Part shown: piece by piece, positions 54,783-64,000 of the stretch
Layout: each line of letters starts with the position of its first letter
Numbering within the stretch: the first letter of the stretch is position 1
NCBI GenBank assembly: GCA_964016885.1
Contig: OZ024743.1
Coordinates: forward strand, 300,080,001 to 300,144,000
Source of the DNA: Eledone cirrhosa
Taxonomy: Eukaryota
Length of the DNA: 64,000 nucleotides
Direction of reading: 5' to 3'
Made by a program: the position numbers and the translations under genes
Notes under the pieces: generated by a model
Database searches by the model: none
What the model was told of the DNA's origin: nothing
The model's input: only the letters and a program-made list of their open reading frames with translations

Positions 54783-56035
54783 GTGTAGCAGTGTAACATT
54801 GCAGATCATGTATTGTCATTAATAAACACTGAGACTGAAGATAGAAAGTCAGATTTTTTAATGTGTTTGTAAATATTCCAATGCATATGTTTCACATTAG
54901 TATTAGTTGGTGACTGGGATTGTGTATGACATACGCCAAGAATACTTCAATTATTAGATGGTAGTGGATTGTAATATTTTTATGAACGGGAGTACTTGGG
55001 AATGTATTGTTCTGCACCTTTTCTAGGGACGTATTTTCGGTTTGGAGAGGGAATACTTTCCGAGGTGGGTCCTTGCACTATTTGCCTCATAAATAGAGAC
55101 ATGATTCATGAGTGAATTGTTGTCCTATCATGTACCATAAACTGTAATAATTACCATCCCACGCACAACCTACATATTTACACTACATTGTCTAATTCTA
55201 TACAGTGGCTTAATTTGTTAGAAATAGCAGCCAAATCTTCCCCAAATCACACACTACTATCTTGGATAGTATGGACCTATATACGTTTGAAAAAACGACG
55301 CGATGTCTTCCAGTGGATTGCTTTGATCAAAAGAATAGAAGAGTTGTACTTTAAATACTTCAGGGAAATCAATACTTTAAAAGCGTGAGCATGATTGACT
55401 TAGATATTATCTCTGATACTGAAAACTACAACATCCATGACTCAATATGAACAAGTTCTGTTTCATCCCGCAGGCTGTAAATCAAAGAATTAATGAAAGC
55501 AGAGACTTGATGGAAGATATAACCTAATACATAATCATCTCTTATCGAAAACCCTGATTAAAATCTGTTTTATGTTATATGTAAAAACAGAATAGAATCA
55601 TCAGAAACATAGTGTTCGAATGTGGTCAGTAAAACATATAGTATGGGCTTACACAGTTTCAGTTCAACAGTGTGAATGTGTTACAGAGTAATACCTGCAT
55701 TGCAGTAACTTGATAACTTTCCAGCTATGGATGGATAGAATAAACTAAGGCTGTACTTAGAGCGAAGCATAGCTTTTTTTTATGATTATCATATAGGGAA
55801 TTAACAAACAAAACAGATTTACCATAGGACTCATTAAAATACCAACCTAGCAGATAGAACCACGTTGGTAAATCGCTTGCTTAAGCATTATGTATTAGTT
55901 TCAAACAAGCTGTCAGAAAATGTTGTCCGAAACCATTACATATTCAAAATTTAATAGCAAATAGACAGGCAGGTGGAAAGAGAAGTTATGGATGTGTGTA
56001 GAACAATTTCTAATTAATATAGTCTGTTTGTTCAA

Positions 56036-56226
56036 ATAATTGTTTGTACTGTTTGGCACAAGGCCAGCAATTATTCCAGTGTATTACTGGTACTTTATTT
56101 TATCGACCCCGTAAGGATGAAAGGTAAAGTTAACCTCAGCGGGATTTGAACTCAATCCGTAAAGGGACGTAACTGTGCTGCAAAGCATGGTGTCCAACCC
56201 TCTACCGATACTGCCAATCCACCGCC
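56036..56226 (-). mobile_element. SINE
   Basis: Full head, core and tail. Confidence 0.88.
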
Positions 56227-58189
56227 CCTTACACAAACGAAATAATGTATAACTATAGCTTCATTTTAGACAGATATCTACCTCGATTTCGCCAGTAGCT
56301 GAGGAAATCATTGTATTCTGGGAGAGCATATGCGTTCAAATTTTCACCCATTGAAATGACCACAAATAAATTGTACACGGCTTTCACACCTACATTGAAA
56401 TTGATTATCTCTCATATCATATATCTTTCATAATTAATATCCCAAGACGAAAATCTGTGCATCTGCTAATTTGTGCTAAGTCATTATATATTACTATTAC
56501 GAAGTGTGTTTATGCTAGCATTTATAATATCGAGAACCTCAGTGATACTCAGTATCGAATTGTTGAAGAAAGAATTAACAACATTGGATATGTATACAAA
56601 TATATGAAACGACTGGATAGCTTCATAACACTGATTTCAGCCAAAATAGATTTTGACATGAAGTAATAATTATACTTATTAAAAGGTAGGAACAGTATAT
56701 CCAAAATCAAGCATTTATTATAATATGTTTCACTATATCCTCTCTCACTCTATCAAATGAGTGTCAGAATTTCCTGTTTATTAATCAATATGCATCTCAT
56801 GCACATATAAACATAAAGAAATTGCAAACTTATCAGCTGTCGTTATTTAAACAATACCATACATATAGAGGTACTAATGTTATTAAAATGTAGTGAATAC
56901 CAATGTCAGCTATACTCATCTGATGAAACGCTTAGTTTTTGAAAACATCTCATATAGACACAGCTATTGGTAACATATACCATAACAAGTTACTAGATTG
57001 GAAACATTCTGTATACCAACACAAACTTTTGGCTAATATTCAGAAACTTAAATCAAGCACTCTCTTCACACAAATGTGCGTTACATCGCCTCAAATATTT
57101 AATATTGGGCATTTGCTATCCAGGCGCAGAAGACAGCTATGGAGTACAAATTGCGCCAAAGTGACACCTAAATTCCAACGAAAATTGATTACATCACATT
57201 ATAAATGACACCATCACCAGCATCACTCTCATGTTATGAAAATATTTCCTTTATGTGAGGCATATCAATTTTGTAAAAATAGTATACAAGTCATTTAGAG
57301 ATTAGCGCTTCGATTAAAAACCCAATCAAATGGAACGTAAAGCGTATCTGTTATAGATGTTTCAAAGTAAAAAACAATATCAAAAACAAAAACAAAAAAA
57401 GAACATTGGTATTGTTGTAGAACTCAACATTTCATTAAATATTTGAGAAAAGAGGAAATATTTTTGTTCGAATCATACAGCTATCTTGGGTCAGTCAGTC
57501 AGGATTATGTTTGTGACTATGAATGTAAGTAGTCGTATGAGGAGGAAATGTGCGTCTATATTGGTGAACTTTTCTGTGTAAGAATTTGAATGTAAGCCTA
57601 AGTGTTACGTCATTTGTATTTTAGCGTGTAAACTGTATATTTATTCATGGGTGTGAATACAGTAGTAATCAGACACCAATAATAGTTGCAGCAACATAAC
57701 TCGTTCTGCTCCTACAGCTGACGACGCCGCCGCCGCCGCCGCTGCTGCTGATTCTGATACTACTACTACTACAACAACAACAACAACAAGAAAAAAAGAT
57801 AACATGTCGAAGGTAAAGTTTAACAATATAAATATATAAACATATGTCAGTTTCGAAGAAGTAATTTGCAGATAACTATTTTGGAAGCCATTGCACATAA
57901 TAAAGGTACAGATAAAGTAGGTAACTAGAAGTCTTATATTTTGATTAATTCTCAAAACAATATTGCTCTTGTTTCTTGGTGGGTGCGTTGGAACCTGCAT
58001 AATGAAATAACATTATATAAAATTTAATGAACTGATATTTATTTTCATTAGGTGAATGCTATCGAATAAATGGATTAATCAAATTAAACAGGGAAGAGTG
58101 TGTAATTTGTGGATATATAATTAATTTCCCACGTATTAATTTGATATCATGTACGATCGTGAAAGTTAAATAGTTAAATGAAGTGCTAA

Positions 58190-58401
58190 TAATGCATTCA
58201 TATATAGGCACAATGCCAGCAATTTTGGGGGGAGGGGGAAGTCGATTAAATCGACCCGAGTGTATGAATGGTACTTTATTTTATCGAGGGATGAAAGGCA
58301 AAGTCAACTTCGGTGGGATTTGAACTCAGATCATAAAGCGCCGTAACTCTCTGCTGCAAATCAAGGCGTCCGACCCTCTACCAATCTGCTAATCCACCGC
58401 C
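58190..58401 (-). mobile_element. SINE (long variant)
   Basis: Head ggcggtggattagc, B box, core. Confidence 0.85.
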
Positions 58402-58414
58402 TTTGATGAAGCGC

Positions 58415-59695
58415 TAATAATGATTTCATTTATTGGCCACAAGGGCCGACATATAGGGGAGAATACAAAAGACTGGGACAGTGGGGTTTTACAGAAAAAT
58501 TGAGTAAACAATATGAATAACAATAACAAAGTAACAAGAAAAATGCAACAAGAAAAGTTCCCCAATAGAGGGATCGCTCAGGTATCCCACCAATCCTGAA
58601 CGACCCGACGCTTCGAGAGCACCCTGGAAGGGCACCCTTCTCCTCCTCAAATGTTCCCACCTACACGCGCATGACCAGAGTAGGCCCACTCACACGGGTC
58701 ATTCTCGCCACATTCACCTTTCAGCAAATGTACTGGGGGGGGGGGGGGGGCAACACTTCTCTCTCCACCCTTACATTCCTTTCCAAGGGAAACTTGAAAA
58801 AGTTGATGAGGAATTGGCCGAAGAGAAAAGTGTTTGTCTTCAGTCCTTTCAACCTCGTCCACCATACAGCCTCTTTCGCTACAGCCACCAGACATAGGAA
58901 AATTGCCTGCCCTTCCTGCCCAAAGGAAGGCGGTGGGTCGAGCTTCACTATGGACTCGGCCGATAGCCGGATCTGTTCTACACGCGACAACAGCTGTTCG
59001 ACATAACTCCACAGGTCAGTAATGCACGGACACTGGACGAGTGCGTGCAGAACGGTTTCGTCGCTCTGCGCGCATCTTGGGCAGGTCCGTCTGACAGCAC
59101 TTCCATGCCTGTAGAGTTTACCTCGAACCGGCATTGCCACCCACCCTCCCGGTAGCACTGCCAAGCGATGGATTTTGGGAAATTATCCATCGTTCCCGGC
59201 TCGAGAGTCCTCCGGAACAGACTGGTTAGTTCGACTTCGTTGACACTCAGAGCCTCTCCGAGTGGTTTGTCGCACTTATCCACCACTAATCCTCTATAGA
59301 ACTCGAGAGTGAAAGTTCCACTGACATTGTTGCCCGCCTATTAGAGGGCAGTGAGTGCATGGCAACATTCCAGATGCCAGTCACCCAGACTTGATCTCTT
59401 CTTGACCCAGGTCAAAGAGACGAGCCGTGGAAAGGCCCTTCTGACAAACGGCGAACACACATATTCACCGTTTACACAGAATATCTGGAGATGCCGCAGC
59501 CTCAGCAAGTGTCTGCGCATCGTTAGCCACGGCATGCCCAGACCTCCACGTAGAGGATGCTGGCAGCATATGGACCGCCTCACCAGCGGAACCCGACCCC
59601 TCCACAAGAATTTGAAGAGGAGCCGCTCCAAGATGGCGAGGCGCCAAGGAGGTCAAGGGACGACAATCAGACGGTAGTAGATGACGGACGTGATG
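58415..59695 (-). mobile_element. 5'-truncated Tx1-clade LINE with about 18-bp TSD
   Basis: Closely similar to 4280-5565. tgatgaagc(g/c)ctaataat at 58404 and 59691. Confidence 0.92.
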
Positions 59696-59701
59696 AAGCC
59701 C

Positions 59702-59900
59702 TAATAATAATAATGTTTTCTGGTTTAGGCACAAAGGAAACAATTTGGGAGGAGGAGAAAGTCGATTAAATCGACCCCGGTGCGTGACTGGTACTTTATT
59801 TTATTGACCCCCTAATTATGAAAGAAAACTCACCTCCGTGGAATTTGGACTAACAGCGTAAATGACCGTAACTCTATGCCGCTAAGCATATTATCCGAAG
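59702..59900 (-). mobile_element. SINE, 5'-truncated
   Basis: Core and tail. Confidence 0.75.
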
Positions 59901-59907
59901 CTGGTGT

Positions 59908-60135
59908 TAATAAAAATAATTGATTCTACTTTAGACACAAGGACAGCAATTTGAAAAGGAGGTGGAAGTCGTCCAAATCGAACCCAGTGCATTACTGGGG
60001 CTTTAATTTATCAACCCCGTACGGTAAAACGCAAAGCTAACCTCGGCGGAGTTTCAATTCATAACGTAAAGGGTCATAACTTTATACCACAGAACATGTT
60101 GTCCGACGCTCTATCGATAATGTCAATCCATTGCC
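59908..60135 (-). mobile_element. SINE
   Basis: Head, core and tail. Confidence 0.78.
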
Positions 60136-60136
60136 C

Positions 60137-63100
60137 TAATAATAATAATAATAGTAATAATAATAATGGTTTCTTTATTGGCCAGAAGGGCTGACACGAA
60201 GAAAAACATTAGAGACGGCACAGAACAGTACAGGATATACAAAGTGAGTTTTGGTCGTGTAAACAGATTATAACAAAATCGGGCTAGAAATTAAAAAAAA
60301 TTCAAACCACAAAAAATTCCCGAAGAAGGGGGAAACCTCCGAGGGTTACTCGTGATGACAACCACACAAAACACCACGGACACCATGGCCACCAGGGCAA
60401 GCGCCCTCTCTTAGTTTTACCATTCCCCAGTCTACAGGCGTATATTCAGAGCAGGCCCGTTCACTCGGACCAAACTCGCCACTTTCACCCACCTTTCAAC
60501 AAACTTACTAGAAGACAACACTTGCCCTCCACCCAGATTTTCCTCTTCAAGTGAAACTTGAATAAGTTAATCAGTGATTGGCCGAAGAGGAAAGTGTCCG
60601 TCTTCAACCCTCTCAATGTTGTCCACTACACAATCTCTTTTGCCATGGCCACCAGGCAGATGAAAACTGCCTGCCCTCCCTCCTCTTTAAATGAGTATGG
60701 CGGGGCTATCCGCACAATGGACTCAGTCGATAACAGGATCCGTCCTACATGCGACAGCAGCTGTTCGACATAGCTCCACAAGTCAGCAATCCTCGGGCAC
60801 TGAACGAGTGCGTGCAGAACGGTTTCGGCGCCCTGCGTGCATCTCGGACAGGATCGGCTGACAGCACATCCGTGCCTGTAGAGCTTATCCCGAACCGGCA
60901 ACGCTCCCCGGTAGCACTGCCGGGCCAGGGATTTCTGGAAGATGCAAATAGGCCCTGGTCTGAAAGTTCTCTTGAAGAGAGCGAACAGCTGATTGTCTTC
61001 GACGCCCAGGATCTCCCCGAGAACTCGTCGCTCTTTCCCTCCGTAGCCGTCCTAGACCACCGAGGTGGATGTTCCACCGATACTAGTGCCCAGCCGGTAG
61101 AGGGCGGTGAGCTCTTGAAGACATTCATGGTGACGTCGTCGGCGTAAGCTCACATGGATCTCCCGCATCCCAGTTCGCGTGGACCCGCCTCCCATCGTTC
61201 CCAATTTGTGTAGTAAAGGCTCTAGCGCCAGTACGTACAAGAGGGACGAGAGGGGTAAACCCTGGCGGACCGAGCGCATGATGCTGAAAGGCTGCGAAAG
61301 GTGACCATTGACCCTCAGAATCGAGCAGATGTAGCTGTGCATCGCAGCGATCCAGCCCCTAAAAACGGGCCCGAAGCCGGCCGCCTCGAGGACCGCAGCC
61401 AGGTACCGATGGTCGACCCTATCAAATGCTTTAGATTGATCCAAGTTGATCAAGGCCTCACCCGCGCCAGGTTCCTTAACCACCCTCTCTATGATATATC
61501 GTATGATTTTGAGGTTGTCGTGGGTGGATCTGTCCGGGATGGTGCATGTCTGCGCCTCTCCTATCATATCACCGACGTCAATCTCTTTGCTAACACCTTG
61601 GCCAACATCTTAAACTCTGCGTTTAGCAGAGTTATGGGCCTGAAGTTGTCTATAAGGCCCCTCTTGTTCGTGTCTTTTCTCAGCAGCGCCACTGCTATCC
61701 GGCTCACAACACTGGGAATGCTCACGTTCTGCTGCCACTTCCAGTAGACATCAAGAGGTCGCCGAACAAGTCTGGCATATACGCATAAAGCTCGTAGTGC
61801 AGACCATCCAAACCTGGCGATTTACCCCTCGTGCAGTCAGACATCACGTCCCGTATTCCACCTGCTGTTATCAGCTTTTCGCAGCACTGCGCTGCGGACG
61901 TTGAGAACCGCGGCAGTCCGTCGAGGTATGCACGGAAGTCTACACTCTAATCCGGCGCGCCGCCGCTCCCGAACAATTGAGCAAAGTGTTATTGAAAGCC
62001 GCACACTTCTGCTCGGGTTCGAGTAACATGCGCCCGTTTTGATCAGGCAAAGACCGAATTGTGGACTTGTTGCCACGTCCCGCCTCCACCACCCGGGCCC
62101 ATTGAACGGCTTTCGTCCCTTCGTGTCTGTCTAAGACACGCGCTCTAGATCTGACAACGCAGCCTCCGTGCTTTGCGTTGAAAAATTGGTCGAGTGCCAA
62201 TTTCGCCGCAAGCACGTCGGTTGCGATGCCTGTCCTAAACGCCTCTTCTAGCTTTCTAACTAACTCTCCCTCTACTCTATTTTCCTCTATCACTACTCCT
62301 TTGCTAAACCTTATCGATTCTACGGTAATGGCTCTCTTCAGGGTAAATCACCACCTGTTGTTGACGATCGAACCCGTCAACGCACACAACTAATTCGCTA
62401 ATCCGGTCTCTGAAAGCTTTGCACGCCGGGAACAACGCGTTCAGGTTCCAGTAGCCGGGCTCTTGCCTATGAAGACTATCTAATTCAACTTGACACATCA
62501 CCAATGTGTGGTCTGTGTAGTGGACTACTTTAAATTGTGGACAATCTACACTAGCCTTATCTGTTTCCCTAAAGAATACCCTATCTAAATATGATCTGGA
62601 TGACCCGATGCGGTTTGCCCATGTCCACATTGCCACATTCGGATAATCCAGTCTATACCTGTCAGACAGTTCACAACGTCTGAGCAGGTTATTGAGGCTT
62701 TTACACCCTCCTGCGCTGTCTACTATCCTCACATAATCCCAGCGTGCATCTAAGATACCGTTCCAGTCGCCCACTAACACTAATGAGCGGGAAGTTCCAA
62801 GAAAGGTCTGTAGACGTCTGAATAAATCTGGCCGTCCTGCCCATGTCGGGGCGTAGACGGCTACTAGCCTGAAAGCATTGCCTTCACTGCCGGTCACGTC
62901 CAGAACCACCGACTTACCTTCTGGGTCCAGGAAGATGGCCCGTATGGCGAGATCCAAGCCTCTCCGAAAAAACACATCAGCCCCTCCACCTGAACCTGGA
63001 CGCCTGGGAGATGCCGAAGATCGGTGCGAGGGTTTGTGCTTCGGAGATTCTGGTCTCGCTGATGACCACCACATCTATGTCTAGTGACCTGAGGTCGTTG

Positions 63101-64000
63101 AGCAGGTGACCCTGATTCCAAGATAACCCCAGGCCACGTACATTTATACTGCCTATTCTAAGTACGGCTATGTTGAATGACAAACGGGATAAGTGAGAAA
63201 GGATCACTTACCTTGATCGTGTGGTGAATGGACAATAGAACTGACCCTTTGGCTGGTCAGGGGTGTTTCCAAGAGGATGTCGGTGTATATGCTCTTGGTA
63301 ACCGACCATCTGAAGTCTCCAACTCCGTTGGGGAATTTTTGCTTTAAAAGTTTGTAATGTTCTATTGCGATTTCAATGATGATTATGCTTGTCGGGAGAG
63401 TTCTTGGTGTCGGTGGGGTGTAGTAGTTTGTTTGTGTGCTGGTTTATATGTTGTAGAAGTTCTTTATTTGCCATGTTTATGGCTGTGTACTTTTTATGGC
63501 TGTGTACCATTTTGTTTCTCTTTTCTTGCTTTTGCTGTTGCGTGTGTGTTTTGTTGTGTTTGCGATGTTGGTGTTTTTGGTGATGCTGGTGGTGGTGTGG
63601 TTGTTGTTGGTGGTGATGCGGTTGTTGTTGGTGGTGATGCTTGTGGTGGTGATAATGATGGTAGGGGTGTTGCTGCAAGTCTCCTTTCAGCTTTTATCCC
63701 TCTTTGTCTGCCTTTGCTTTTGGAGAGTGAAGCTAAGGGTTTTTTCGTTTTTTGTTTTTTTGTGGCAGACCTTTTGCCACTTTCCTCCCGCCTCACAATC
63801 CATGTCAGGACCCCGCGGCGTCCGGGAGGGGCATGAGTTCCACTGCTGTTAGTGTTGGTAGTGGAGCCCCCTACGGCGATTTTACCGCCGGCGTAGCTAC
63901 TGCGACTGTTGGTGTTGCCGCCACTGCTGCCGCTGCTTTAGTTGTCCGTGACCTTGGTATGGGTGCCACGGACGTTGCCATCCTACTCACCATAGAAGGG
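60137..64000 (-). mobile_element. Tx1-clade LINE (different subfamily 3' UTR), internal deletion after RT near 61120, 5' end outside window
   Basis: LRIGSINVRG, LVGDWN, SYLDRVF, LDQSKAFDRVDH, VRQGLPLS, AYADD, CPRC..HALVQC and an (ATT)n tail. Confidence 0.92.

Noticed and set aside
56914-56955. CTGATGA..GAAA motif
   Set aside because: Stems I and III are absent. Likely chance.

Overview
Eukaryotic, AT-rich, microsatellite-dense intergenic DNA. The tRNA/Nin-type SINE, abundant (TA)n and Penelope load suggest a mollusc, probably an octopus (inference). I found no intact host gene. The window holds three decayed Tx1/L1-clade LINEs, about ten Penelope-like element (PLE) copies or fragments (RT plus GIY-YIG), RTE fragments and about 12 copies of one SINE. 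The main hidden signal is RNA structure. By eye I count 28 hammerhead ribozyme (HHR) motifs from more than 12 sequence families, some degenerate. They lie in PLE pseudo-LTRs or in short non-coding 310-535 bp tandem or fold-back units inserted in (TA)n, which look like non-autonomous retrozyme-like elements. The most unusual are a family whose catalytic segments occur in a non-circularly permuted order with compensatory base changes between copies (24789, 25571, 31893), two independent U3-A8 core variants, an HHR with a 114-nt stem II, and a retrozyme unit fused directly to a 5'-truncated PLE ORF. All pairings and coordinates were read by eye. No activity has been tested.
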